Shown here one piece after another: positions 1 through 12,090 of a stretch of DNA of 64,000 bases. The notes under the pieces were generated by a model. The model was given only the letters and a program-made list of their open reading frames with translations, had not been told where the DNA came from and ran no database searches. Source of the stretch: Centroscyllium fabricii (Eukaryota); assembly GCA_051313645.2 (NCBI GenBank), contig JBNRSN020000010.1, positions 73,160,001 to 73,224,000 of the forward strand, given 5' to 3'. How positions within the stretch are numbered: the first letter of the stretch is position 1; each line of letters begins with the position of its first letter. Made by a program: the position numbers and the translations under genes.

Positions 1-1440
1 AAAATCTCACTTGCCCGACCCGGGCAAGTGCGATGTAGAGCCTCCCGGCGCCTGCGCAGTGGCCGGGTCCAGCAACAGCGCGGAGCGTCGCTGGAGAGGT
101 GTGCGCGCGCAGCCAGGTGGCGATGAAGAGGCGGGCCGTGGGGTGAAGCCGCGCTCTCCAGCCAGGCGCCGCTGTTGAATGGCGGGCCCCGGTTGGGGCC
201 GGGGTTTGGCGCTGCTCCTCTAGCGGGCCGATGGTGGCGTGGAGCTGCTGCTGCTCAGGGAGTATGTGTCGGGGCCCAGCTCGCTACCGCCGCCAACTAC
301 TCGCAGCCCGTTTACAGCCGGCCAGCTCCTGGCGCGGCGCTCCGAGATGCAGTCCATTTGTACAGTCATGTCGCCAGTATGGGGATCTGCCTCCCCTCTC
401 GCTGGACAACAGCCAGGATCGTGTGCTATACGTGTTAAAACTGTACGACAAAATTAATCCTGACAAGCTTGGAGGAAGTGTGGAGGCTGATCGGTGAGTG
501 CCAGGCCGGGCATGGCACACTACAGGGGGCTTATAGTACATGTGGAAAATCTTTACTGTAGACACACTGATTAAAACCTTGAATGTTTTAAACATTTTTA
601 TTGAACTTATACAGTAGAATCATATGACTTATTAATCAGTGAAGACATTGATTTGTTCGATATACTTTCTGAACCCTCATAATCCATCCCCATTTCTTTA
701 GTGGGCAAAGTACACTTTGAACTGAATTGAAATTAGCAGCAGGTTTATATTTTTAAGCTATCACAGAATATTTCTGCATGCAGTAGCCAGGGTCTCAATT
801 CAGTTTTCCTTTGTTTTCAGGGCTAGCTGTCGGGTTTACTGCTCCTTTTTGAGACAGCACACTAATATTAAAAAGGATTGTAGCGATGCCTTCTGTGTTG
901 TTGACATTTTAAAATTTGCCGTCTAAAAATAACAATATTTTTGTTCCCGGGGTCAATGAGCGTGGAGGAAGTGCGGAGGCTGATCGGTGAGTGCCGGGCC
1001 GGGCACACCATAGGCAGCCGGCCAGCCAGCAGCGCAGCCCTGCCATGCGGGCCGGGGGGGTACTTTCTCTCCCGGGTCACAGTGGCCTCCTCACCAAGGC
1101 TGTCGGCACCGGATGGAATAGTGGGTGTGCACGGGGGGAGCCCGGAATCAGTCGGTGCCAGTAGTGATTTTTCCATTCAGAGGCCAGCTTTTTGAAAAGA
1201 TTTTTAAAGGTGGAATAGGATGGAGAGGCCAATAGTTTTAGGGAGAGAGGGGCAGAAACCGGGCCAATGCAACTAAAGGCACAATCTATGACTTTATATT
1301 GAAGCATTTTAGTAAAAATGTAAAATCTTTATTTATTTCTTGAAAAATTTAGGGCAAGTGAAATTTGTGTTTGGGCAAGTGTTTTAAAACTTCACTTGCC
1401 CAAGTGGGCAAGTGATTTTTTTTTTTTTTGTAGCACCCTG
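1..1440. mobile_element. Non-autonomous DNA transposon remnant, hAT-like (right terminus ...TGTAGCACCCTG)
   Basis: Terminal CAGGGTGCTAC (minus) at 1440. Repeated palindromic CACTTGCCC-N4/5-GGGCAAGTG subterminal motif at 8-30 and 1392-1414. The left boundary may lie outside the window. Confidence 0.45.
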
Positions 1441-2640
1441 TTGCATGCTAACTTTTTGCGTTTCATGCACAAGACCCCCAGGTCCCTCTGAACTGTGGGA
1501 TTTTATCTCTCTCCATTTAAATAATAATTTGCTTTTTTATTTTTCCTGTCAAGTGTATAACCTCGCACTTTCCCACATTATTCTCCATCTGCCAAATGTT
1601 TGCCCACTCACTTAGCCTGTCTATATCCCTTTTCAGGTTCTTTGAGTCCTCTGCACAACTAGCTTTCTCACCCATCTTTGTATCATATGCAAACTTGGCT
1701 ACATTACACTCAGTCCCTTCATCCAAGTTATTAATGTAGACTGTAAATAATTGAAGCCTCAGCACCGACCCCTGTGGCACCCCACTAGTTACTGTTTGCC
1801 AACTGGAAAATGACCCATTTATCCCAACTCTCTGCTTTCTGTTAGTTAGCCAATTCTCTATCCATGCTAATATATTACCCCCACTTTCATGAGCACTTAT
1901 CTTATGCAGTAACCTTTTATGTGGCACCTTATCGAATGCCTTCTGGAAATCCAAATACACCACATCCACTGGTTCACCTTTATCCACCCTGCTCGTTACC
2001 TCAAGAGATCCAGCAACTTTGTTAAACATGATTTCCCTTTCATAAAACCATGCTGACTGCTTGACTGCATTATGATTTTCTAAATGCCCTGCTACTGCTT
2101 CCTTAATGAAGGACTCCAGCATTTTCCCAACGACAGATGTTAGGCTAATTGGTCTATAGTTTCCTGCTTTCCATCTCCCTTCTTTCTTATATGGGGTAAT
2201 ACATTTGCAGTTTTCCAATCCGCTGGGACCTCTCCAGAGTCCAGGGAATTTTGGTATATTGCAACCAATGCATCCACTATCTCTGCACTTCTTTTAAGAC
2301 CCTGGGATGCAGGCCATCTGGTCCAGGGGACTGGTCATCTTTTAGTCCCATTATTTTACCAAGTACTATTTCCTTAGTGATAGTCTTTAGTTCCCCCCTC
2401 CCTGTGGCCCCTTGATTATCCATTATTGGGATGTTGTTAGTGTCTTCTACCGTGAAGACAGATACAAAATATTTGTTCAGAGTCTCTGCCATTTCCCCGT
2501 TCCCCATTATTAATTCCTCAGTCTCATCCTCTATGGGACCAACATTTAATTTAACTACCCTCTTCCTTTTTATATACCTGTGGAAGCTCTTACTATCTGT
2601 TTTAATGTTTCTTGCCAGTTTGCTCTCATAATTCATCTTC
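1441..2640 (-). mobile_element. CR1-clade LINE ORF2 (RT) fragment, degenerate
   Basis: ORFs 2277-2636 and 1517-2218 contain SPGPDGLHPRVLKE, NYRPISLTS, YLDFQKAFDKVPH, GVPQGSVL and KFAYDTK (FADD motif mutated). Confidence 0.95.
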
Positions 2641-2649
2641 TCTCAGCTA

Positions 2650-4136
2650 CATATTGTCCTACATTATTATTTGTGAGCTTGATTGATCCACCGTATCCCC
2701 GGGAAATGGACATCGCTAATGGAGAGTTGGCTTATTTTCCCAACTACTGCCCAGCGAATGCCCGTAAAACTCTTACGCCTGGTAAAAGCTTGCGTAGGCC
2801 TTCATGAGGTTTTGCATGATCTGCGCATGCGCTGCCGAACTGGAGGGCAGGCGGGAGCCTCTGGGAAAGAGAGACTTAAGAGAGAGCCTGGATAAAGTGT
2901 TTGGAGAGATTAGAAGAGACACTGGAGAGACTAGGGAGAGACACCGAAGATTGGAAAATAGACGAGAGCGCGCGAATGAGCGCGATTTAAGAGAAACGGG
3001 GGAGTTAAAGAAAGACAGAGAAACGAGAGAGACAGACATGGGGAAACAGAAAGTGTACAGATAGAGAATGAGGAGAGATTGGAGAGGAACGCAAGTGAGA
3101 AGTGAATGGCAATGAATCAGAAGAAGAAAAATGCTCAAATTCAGTGCCACCTCAGTCAGTCTCGGGGTGAAACTCTAGCTGGGATCTGACCCAGGGACAC
3201 TGGCCGGGATCTGTGATTTAGAAGCGGCTCTCCGGCACCTCTCCCCTTTACCTGAGCCAAGATTATTTTTATATTTAACTATTTTCTATTCATTCGTTGT
3301 TTGGGGATGTAAGTGCACTGGGCGGGAGAGGGGATTAAAAACCCCACCCCACCTGAGACCTGAAGGCATCAAACGGGTGGCCCGCCTGCCCTCACCGAGA
3401 GTCAGAGGCCGTTTCCATAAATAACCTGGTCTCACAGCCACATCACAGCGCTTCCCAACACTGAGAGTCCCCATCAGACGGGGAATCGCTGGTGTTGTGT
3501 GTTTGGTGTTTCATTGATGTTAAATTCTGATCCCCACATTCTCCTTGTACCCGCGCCGCTGTTGGGTGAAATGTCCAAGTTGGAAGACAGATATTCACAC
3601 AGTGAACTGGAGCGAATCCATTTCATGTGTTGTTCAAGGAGGGGAGAGCGAGTGAGTGGCATTGAAAGAGTTTAATGTCATTAGTTGTTTCTGTCCCGTG
3701 CGCCCTGGAGGAAGTGGGTCTCCCGGTGCCTCGCTCAGAGCCACAAACTCCCTGAATTTACTGGTCGGGAAACTTGTGGCTGGGTTTTTCCATCCGCTGA
3801 TTTTTCTCCTCCTGTGATTACTCTCTGTGTCTGCGAGCAATCCACTAAATCAATCCTCAATCCCTTTACTGCCGAACCGATCGATTGATTCCACCCCTCC
3901 CCTGAATTAATGGGCGCTTTCTGGCTTTATTTAATTAAAAGGAATCGCTCTCTCCGCCTGCTCCCTTCCCAAGACATGCGCAGATCATTCAAAATGACCG
4001 CCGCAAAGTTTTGAATGATCTGCGCATGCGTGCGGCCATTTTGAATGGTGCGCTGGCGGGCTTCATTCATCCGTTTTTTTCACTGTACTGGCGCGGGCCT
4101 AGTCCCGCCCGTGCCGATGTAACGGTGTTCAACCTG
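2650..4136. mobile_element. Tigger/pogo-like (TcMar) element end plus unexplained internal sequence
   Basis: Right TIR ...GTGTTCAACCTG followed by TA at 4137-4138, the same family as the MITEs at 31873 and 33503. No left TIR seen. Confidence 0.55.
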
Positions 4137-4182
4137 TACGAGGATGCATAATATAGGAATTAAGGTTGAATACTGTGGGCAA

Positions 4183-4468
4183 ATGTAAGAAGTCACAACA
4201 CCAGGTTATAGTCCAACAGTTTTATTTGAAATCACAAGCTTTCGGAGTGCTGCTCTTTCGTCAGGTGAAGTGAAGAGATGCATATAGGCACAGCATAAAT
4301 AGTGACTATATATGCTGTGCCTATGTGCATCTCTTCACTTCACCCGACGAAGGAACAGCGTTCCGAAAGCTTGTGATTTCAAATAAAACTGTTGGGACTA
4401 TAACCTGGTGTTGTGTGACTTCTTGCATTTGTTCACCCCAGTCCAACACCGGCACCTCCACATCATGG
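4183..4468. mobile_element. Penelope-type foldback (inverted pseudo-LTR) short element
   Basis: Long inverted repeat (arms ~4183-4300 and ~4303-4430) plus 3' extension CACCCCAGTCCAACACCGGCACCTCCACATCAT. Paralogous copies at 28250 and 63593. Confidence 0.7.
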
Positions 4469-4714
4469 ATACTGTGGGGTTATACTTGATTTACCTTGGG
4501 AGAAAATTGGGAACAGTCTTTCCTCAGGAGATTAGATGCCGTCCATAACAGAGCAGATTGTACGTGGTGTTTGAATGAACAGGGTTGATGGGTTTCATTG
4601 CCTTTTCTCCTTCTATGCTTTATGTCACACGACAACCTTAGATAGAGTTGGGGGAAGGGAGAGAACAAAACATTCCAAGTGGCTAACCCAGTTCCCCCAA
4701 CAGACTTCTTCAAT

Positions 4715-5010
4715 GACACCTCCCAGACCCGCGATCTCTTCCACCTAGGAAGGACATGAACAACAAGCGTATGGGAACACCAGCACCTCCAAGTTCCTCA
4801 TCAAGTCATACACCATCCTGACTTGGAAATATATCACCATTCCTTCATTGTCACTTGGTTAAAATCTTGGAACTCCCTACCTAACAGCACTGTGGGAGTA
4901 CCTTCACCACACGGGCTGCAGTGATTTAAGAAGGTGGCTCACCACCACCACCACCTTCTCGAGGGCAATTAGGGATGGGCAATAAATGATAGCCTTGCAT
5001 GAATGAACAA
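4715..5010 (+). mobile_element. RTE-X-like LINE 3' end
   Basis: CCATCCTGACTTGGAAATATATC...AAGAAGGTGGCTCACCACCAC...AGGGCAATTAGGGATGGGCAATAAATG tail typical of shark RTE-X elements (recalled consensus). Confidence 0.65.
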
Positions 5011-5405
5011 AAATTCTAAGAAAGTGTTCTTAGCCTCATGCATTTACATGTATTTTTTTGTTTGCATTGAATTATTAAAGAAATATTCATGCATTCTTCC
5101 TGCTTCTCTTTCAAAAAGTGTAATGGAATATTTTACTCCACAACATGCTATTCTCACAGCATGGGAACAAAGTCCAATTACAATAATTAGGATCACCAAT
5201 ATCCACTCATCATTTTGGTGGACCAGGGAGGAACTCATGGGATATGCATGATCCTAGGTTTGGTTAGAACAGAAGTTACTAATTTATAATAGTTTGGTAG
5301 GCCTGAAAATACAAAAAACCCATTGCAATATTTATATACATCTGCTTCAGTTTTTGTATAAATAAGCTACCAACATGAACAATTTACATTTCTTGTTCTA
5401 CATAC

Positions 5406-5480
5406 CAGATGTGTCAGGCTGAGGAGTAGCAGAAGGTGTTCGATTTGCTTTAAGTTTACTTAGTGCTCCACTAACTATGT
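5406..5480 (-). CDS. ARHGAP11A: ARHGAP11A coding exon 7
   Basis: TTTCAG acceptor and GTATGT donor. 75 nt, (D)IVSGALSKLKANRTPSATPQPDTS, matching human DFVSGALNKFKPNRTPSITPQ. In phase with exon 6. Confidence 0.9.
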
Positions 5481-6685
5481 CTGAAATGTAAGATATAAAA
5501 TAAAGTTAAAATCCACATCAATCTTTCAGCAATATTTGAACTCCAGGCCACTCTGCCCATTTTTGTGCTCCCTGCCCTCAAATTGAAACAATTCATAGAA
5601 GTCAATAAAAATATCTAAGTGCATATCCAGAAATTTAAAATGTATGCAATATTTTCTAAAGTTAAGGGGTCAAAGTACTTTGAGATGTGGGAAACTAATA
5701 AGAGTTTATTCAATTTTAATCCTAAATAGTACTTCTCAACTTTATTCCAGGGTTTTAAATTCCTAGATAAGGAGTAAACATTTTACAAAGATACCTATAT
5801 CTGTATTTACAAATTCAATATTTATCCAATATACACTATACTGAAATAGACACCTTTGCCAAGAGTGCACAGTGTTGAGGGAACTGGGTTAGTCACTGTT
5901 TTTTTTGCCTTGGGAGACCTTGGCTCAAATTCAGACCAGATTTGTGGGATAAAAGTTCACTGTCTGATGACTACAAACATCGTACGCAAAATTAGTGTGG
6001 GCAGTCTCAATTTAATGCTTAGTGGACATGGGTTCAATGCACAAACCTTCCCATAATCTAAATTGATTATATGAGGCCACTGAACTCTACTTATATACAT
6101 GGTCAAATATTCTTCTCCCTAGAGATTTCCCATGCCCTCAACGATGTCTCCGTTTTGTAAAGCTCCAGCATCCCCATAACCAATTCCACTGATAATTGGA
6201 CTTGGAAGTGTACAACTACCAGGACAGACTGTTTGGCTGGTGGGCATTGCTGGGAAGTACTGCAAACCTGCCAGCTCAGGTATCAGGTGAAGAACCTGCT
6301 GCAGGGGAAGTGCTTGGTTCCAATTTTCCATCATCATTTTGGAGCCAATTTGATTCCAGAGATGCTACTTGTGTCCTCTGCCAAAAAGAGAATAGTAACT
6401 AGTTGATTACTGGACAATTTACAAGTATGGATTTCAGCCCTCCTCAGACAGACTGCAGTTATCAGGAACTCAACAGGGGTGGCATGTGAGCAGTTTAACT
6501 CACTATAAAATGTGTGATTGCACGCCCACCACTTTTCTGACTACATGAAGCATAGGTGTACATCATACCCTATCCAACAGTACCACCAATTGGATATGAG
6601 GAAGAGCAGGTGCCACTCTCCAAGCCAAATCATGGTCGGTAATGACCCTTAATATAAAAGAGATTTTGCATTCAAACCCAGCAGA

Positions 6686-7077
6686 CATAGAAGATAGGAG
6701 GAGTAGGCCATTCGGCCCTTCGAGCCTGCTCCGCCTATCAATGAGATCATGGCTGATCATCCAAACCGAGCACCCTGTCCCTGCCTTGTCCCCATATCCC
6801 TCGATCCTTATCGAGCCTGCACCGACACATATCCCACCCTATCCCCGCAACCCCACACATTCAATCCCCCTAACACTAAGGGTCAATTTATCATGGCCAA
6901 TCAACCTAACCCGCACATCTTTGGACTGTGGGAGGAAACCGGAGCACCCAGAGGAAACCCACGCAGACAAGGGGAGAATGCGCAAACTCCACACAGATAG
7001 TACCCGAGGCTGGATTTGAACCCGGGTCTCTCGTGCTGTAAGGCAACAGTGCTAACCACTATGCCACTGTGCCGCCC
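6686..7077 (-). mobile_element. V-SINE (HE1-like tRNA SINE) with CR1-derived tail
   Basis: Minus strand reads GGGCGGCACAGTGGCATAGTGGTTAGCAC (A box), B-box-like GGTTCAAATCC, V-domain GTTTCCTC...GGTTTCCTCCCACAGTCCAAAGATG, then a CR1 tail. Confidence 0.9.
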
Positions 7078-7614
7078 TGCAATGCCTTCTGGTAGCTGTC
7101 ATCACAAGTCTCAAAAGTTCTCAATAGCCACATGACAGACATCTGCTTTCAGTACAGTGGAAGGATCTACATGAGACAGTTTACAATGGGCCAGCCCTCT
7201 TGATGTTCTGAATGTCCCAGTCCAATCCTTGCCTTATTAGTCACCAACTGATAAAGCAAGTTCTTCACATAGTGCTTTAGCCAAGAGCCCCTAGTAAGGC
7301 CGACTCACGCTCCGAGGTGCTTAGTGGAAAGTCAGAGAAAACGTCTGCAGCCATTTGTACAAGGGAGGCACAGGATCCAGTCATTTCTGTTCCTTCATGA
7401 AAGTACTCCCATTCAACTCAAAACATCTTCTCCGTATTCATTTAATATCACCACAATCAAAATGAGGTGATTCAAATTTTTAGAAACAGGTTTCATTATC
7501 TACACTAGGGTGTCTGATCCAGCGTGGCGCCCTCTAAAGGGCATCGCTGAGCAAGTCAAGAAACAGCGAGGCTCTTCAACCAATCAAATTAAAGGATCCT
7601 CACTGACACACACT

Positions 7615-7960
7615 GGGGGAAATTTTAACCCCCAAAAACGGGTAGGTTTGGGTCAGGTGGGATGTAAAAATGTTAAAAATCTGAAACCCGACCCTAACCT
7701 GCCTTCTTCCAGAGGTGGAAAGGGCAACCAACTCGCTCGCAGGAGGCAGGCTGGTCACTTAAATATTATAACGAGGCTGCGTGTCTCACTTTAAATTCAA
7801 CCCTGGCTGGCAGGGTTTCCCAGGCTTCAGGAAACCTGGCAGCTAAAAGGAGTCGAGGACTGCTGGATCCAGGAAGCAAGCATCTTTCCACTTACCTACT
7901 GGATCCAGTTTACCTGCTTCACTCACCCTGCCACAATCAATTGTCATGTCGTTAAAAATT
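7615..7960. mobile_element. Harbinger-type MITE fragment
   Basis: Starts with a GGGGGAAATTTTAAC TIR-like end resembling other GG(G/C)-initiated MITEs in the window. Right end not identified. Confidence 0.35.
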
Positions 7961-8239
7961 CACTTACTTCTGAATGCACCAGCCCTAACTTTTTATGGCG
8001 TCCTTCGTGGGGAACTAGTGGGCAAGTACCCCAATTTCATGCCATTGCATATCTTTCAATGTCAAGTCTATCAGTGAGGACTGCTACAGTGCAACCTGTG
8101 GAGGAGTGGGGTATCTCCGACTGTAACTTTTGAATTTCTGCATTTATAAGTGCATGTCAGAAGTTGCTGTCTGATTTACTCCACAAAGGTGAGCATGGTT
8201 AGCAAACTTATTTTTGTTAACGAACAAAGTTCAATAATA

Positions 8240-8525
8240 ATCGAACATTGTTAACCATTGAGGACATAGATTTAAAATAATTGGCAAAAAGCCAGGGGGT
8301 GGGTGGGGGAGATGAGAATTTGTTTTATTCAGCGAGTTATGATCTGGAATGCATTGCCTGAAAGGATGGTAGAAGCAACAGTAAATTTCAAAAGTTTAAA
8401 AAGAAAACTTTGCAGGGCAATGGGGAAAGAGCAGAGGAGTGGAACTAATTGGTGGCTCTTTCAGAGAGCCAGCACAGGCACAATGGGCCAAATGGCCTCC
8501 TTCTGTGCTGTATCACTCCATGATT
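8240..8525 (+). mobile_element. Old CR1 LINE 3' end
   Basis: GAGGACATAGATTTAAAATAATTGG...TGGAATGCATTGCCTG...GGGCCAAATGGCCTCCTTCTGTGCTGT tail. Confidence 0.75.
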
Positions 8526-8824
8526 CAAAATGTCTTCCCAGTTTTTTGGTAATCAAATTGAGATGAGCAGCCAAGAATCAATCTGAAGTTACAAATTAGT
8601 GAGTGGTCTGTAACAAACAAAGCAAGGGACTTCTTTGTTTTAGTCTGTATTTGCAAACTGTATTTGCATCAGAAAGATCTTGATAAAGCAAAATGGAGCA
8701 TAAACATAAAGAAACATTATTTGTTCACTAGTCATAGTGAATATAAGCTGAACAGTCTAATTACAAACTTACAAAAAATAAAACTTAAAAAAACCCACTA
8801 CTACAGAAATATAATTCTACTAAC

Positions 8825-8971
8825 CGCCAACACTCCGTCGCCTTCGTCTCTTACATTCCTCCATTGTTGAACCATCTCCATCTTCCAAATTTTCTAACGA
8901 AGGTGTGCTAGATTCTACACAAACACCAAGCATTGCTGGAATCTTTACCAAGAGAAATTCTGGAACACGAC
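8825..8971 (-). CDS. ARHGAP11A: ARHGAP11A coding exon 6
   Basis: ATTCAG acceptor and GTTAGT donor. 147 nt, (G)[48 protein letters not shown] vs human RVPDFILEKIPAMLG...KRKRRQSVG. Confidence 0.95.
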
Positions 8972-9409
8972 CTGAATAGATGGGAATGATTATTAATGAC
9001 CTACTTAAACCTAAAGTATTAGCCAGTACAAAAATGCATTATAGATGTTGCCCACATTCGTGTTTAATATCAACATAAGCAGAAGGGGAAAAAAAATCAT
9101 ACAAGATGTTCTCTGTAATTTTTACGGGGCAGTGTGCCCATTCAAAATACCGCCCATGCACGGATTTTGCATTGAAAAGACAGCTGCGTGGGTTCCCTGG
9201 AGCACTGTGGCACAGCTTAAAGGGAGCATTGGTCTCTATTAGACTAGCATGTTTAAAGCTACATTGGGAGATGTTTCGGACACAGAAAAGCTGCTACATT
9301 TGCATGCAAAAGGTCAGTGCATTTCAAAACAAATTCATTCTGTGAAGCACTTTGAGATGTTTTAAGGTTTTATGAGCAACACAAGTGTACATTTTAATAT
9401 TAACTTCCA

Positions 9410-10230
9410 ACATGTATTTATATAGCACCTTAAAATGCAGATAAATGCCCCAAGACGGTTCACAGAAGCGTAATTCTAACTGGTCTGGACAGACTTGATG
9501 CAGGAAGAATGTTCCCGATGGTAGGAGAGTCCAGAACCAGGGGTCATAGTCTAAGGATAAGGGGTGACTCATTTAGGACGGAGATGAGGAGGAATTTCTT
9601 CAGCCAGAGGGTGGTGGGGCTGTGGAATTTGCTGCCCCAGAGAGCTGTGGAAGCTACTACTTTGAATAAATTTAAAACAGAGATAGACAGTTTCCTGGAA
9701 GAAAAGGGAATTAAGGGTTATGGTGAGCGGGCAGGCAAGTGGACATGAGGATAAGTTCAGATCGGCCATGTGATCTCCTGGACTAGTTTTCGATCGCTTA
9801 GATGGGTCGGAGAGGAATTTCCCAGATTTTTTATCCCAAATTGGCTACTGGGTTTTTTATCTGGTTTTTCGCCTCTCCCGAGAGATCACATGTGTTTGGG
9901 TGGGATGGAAAGTTAAAATAAAATTGAGGTTGGGATCAGATCAGCCATGATCTTGTTGAATGGCGGAGCAGGCTCGAGGGGCCGATTGGCCTACTCCTGC
10001 TCCTATTTCTTATGTTCTTATGTAATCGAACAAAAATCATTACTGAGCCAAAGAAGCCATTAGGAAGGGTGAGTAAAAGCTTGGTCAAAGAGGTGGGTTT
10101 TAAGGAGGGTCGTAAAGGAGGAGAGGGAGGTGGGGAGGTGCAGGAGGGGAATTTCAGAGCTTAGATGACCAATAGGGGGGTGAAGGAATTTTGAGATGCA
10201 CAAGAGGCTAATATTGGAGGAATGCAATTT
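9410..10230. mobile_element. L2-type LINE 3' end (minus) interrupted by a CR1 3' fragment (plus, ~9474-10023)
   Basis: ACATGTATTTATATAGCACC...GCGTAA then CR1 (MFPMVGESRTRGHSLRIRG...WNLLP, tail TTCTTATG) then TCGAACAAAA...AAAAGCTTGGTCAAAGAGGTGGG resumes. Compare the uninterrupted L2 end at 32455-32670. Confidence 0.8.
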
Positions 10231-10244
10231 TGGAAGCATCTTCT

Positions 10245-11860
10245 TCTTTGGTGAAGACAGATGCAAAGTACTCACTTAGTAACTCAGCCATGCCCTCTGC
10301 TTCCATGTGTAGGTCTCCTTTTTGGTCCCTAATCGGCCCCACCCCATCTCTTACGACTAGTTTATTATTTATATGCCTATAGAAGACTTATAAATTTCCT
10401 TTTAGGTTAACTGCCAAACTATTCTCATACTCTCTCTTTGCCCCTCTTACTTTCTTTTTCACTTCACCTCTATTCAGCCTGATTATCACTTGTATTCTCA
10501 GCCTGACATCTGTCATATGCGCTCTTTTTCTGCTTCCTATTACTCTCTCTGTGGATATCCAGGAAACTCTGGTTTTAGTTGCCCTACCTTCCCCATCATG
10601 GGAATGTACCTTGACTGTACCCGAACCATCTCCTCTTTAAAGGCAACCCATTGTTCGATTACAGTTTTGCCCACCAATCTTTGATACCAATTTGCCCGGG
10701 CCAGATCTGTTCTCAACCCACTGAAATTTGCCTTCCTCCAATTAAGTATGTTTACTCTAGATTGCTCCTAGTCTTTTTCCATAGCTAGTCTAAACCTTAT
10801 GATATTATGATCACTGTTCCCTAAATGTTTCCCTACTGACACTTGATCTACCTCATTCCCCAGAACCAGCAATGGCTTCTTCCTCATTGGGCCAGAAATG
10901 TACTGATCAATAAAGTTCTCTGAACATACTTCAGTAATTCTTCCCCATCTCCATATTAGGATAATTGAAGTCCCCCATTATTACTACTCTATAGTTCTTG
11001 CAACTCTCTCTAATTTCCTTGCAACTGTGCTCCTCTATATCTTTCCCACTAGTTGGTAGCCGATATAATACACCTAGTAGTGAAATGGCACCTCTATTAT
11101 TTATTATCTCTAACCAAATAGATTTTGTCCTTGACACCCCGAGAGGCCATTCTTTCTCTCCAGCACTGCAACATTCTCCTTAACCAATACTGCCACCCCA
11201 TCTCCTTTCTTTCCTTCCATATCTTTCCTGAACACCTTATATCCAGGAATATTTAAAACCCAATTCTGCCCTTTTTTGAGCCAGGTCTCCATTTTCGCCA
11301 TGACATTATAGTCCCATGTGGCTATTTGCACCTGCAGTTCACCAACCTTATTTACCACGCGTTGTGCATTTACACACATGCACTGTAAACCGGTCTTAGG
11401 CCTTCTTGTATTCTCTCGTTTGACCCCACCTAATACCTTACTATTTCTTACTGTAGTGCTATCTGTCTCTCCCCGCATCCTTTGTGCACTTTGTTTCACC
11501 TTTCTCCCGGTGCCCATCCCCCTGCCAAATTAGTTTAAACCCTCCCCAACAGCACTAGTACCCACCCCCCCTCCGTGCGAGGACATTGGTTCCAGCTCTG
11601 TTGAGGTACAACTCATCTGGTCTGTACATGTTCCACCTCCCCATGAACCGGTCCCAATGTCCCAGGAATCTGAGGCCCTCCCTCCTGCACCATCTCTCCA
11701 GCCGCACATTCATCTGCTCGATGCTCCAATTTCTATACTCACTAGCTCATGGCACAGGGAGTAATCCAGAGATTACGATCTTTGAAGTCCTGCTTTTTAA
11801 TCTCTTTCCTAGCTCCCGAAAATCTGCCTGCAGGACCTCATCCCTTTTTCTACCTATGTC
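10245..11860 (-). mobile_element. CR1 LINE fragment: end of ORF1 and ORF2 endonuclease
   Basis: CVNAQRVVNK, ETWL, PGYKVFRKD..GDGVAVLVK, GVLYRLP, VIMGDFNYP motifs of the APE domain. Confidence 0.9.
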
Positions 11861-12090
11861 AGAAGGAGGTATAGCTTCATTTGTTAAAGAAAACCTACTA
11901 AGAGATGATAATAGAGCATCAGCAGCAGCTGAATCTATTTCATTACAATTAGTTCACGGTGATGGTTCCAAATTATTGCCACCTGTTATAGGCATCCAGG
12001 AAAAGGATCCTTTGGTGACGAGGTACTTTGGTCACAAATTGCTTTAGAATCCAGGCTGGGACCATATTGACATGGACCAAAAGGATGGTA

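Noticed and set aside
2773-3150. Charged/Leu-Ser-rich ORFs on both strands
   Set aside because: Low-complexity GA-rich tract.
4480-4719. Minus-strand ORF with a basic KHRRRK stretch as candidate ARHGAP11A exon 8
   Set aside because: No similarity to the expected exon 8 (TPNAKR...KKRKSIKHN). That exon probably lies beyond the window start.
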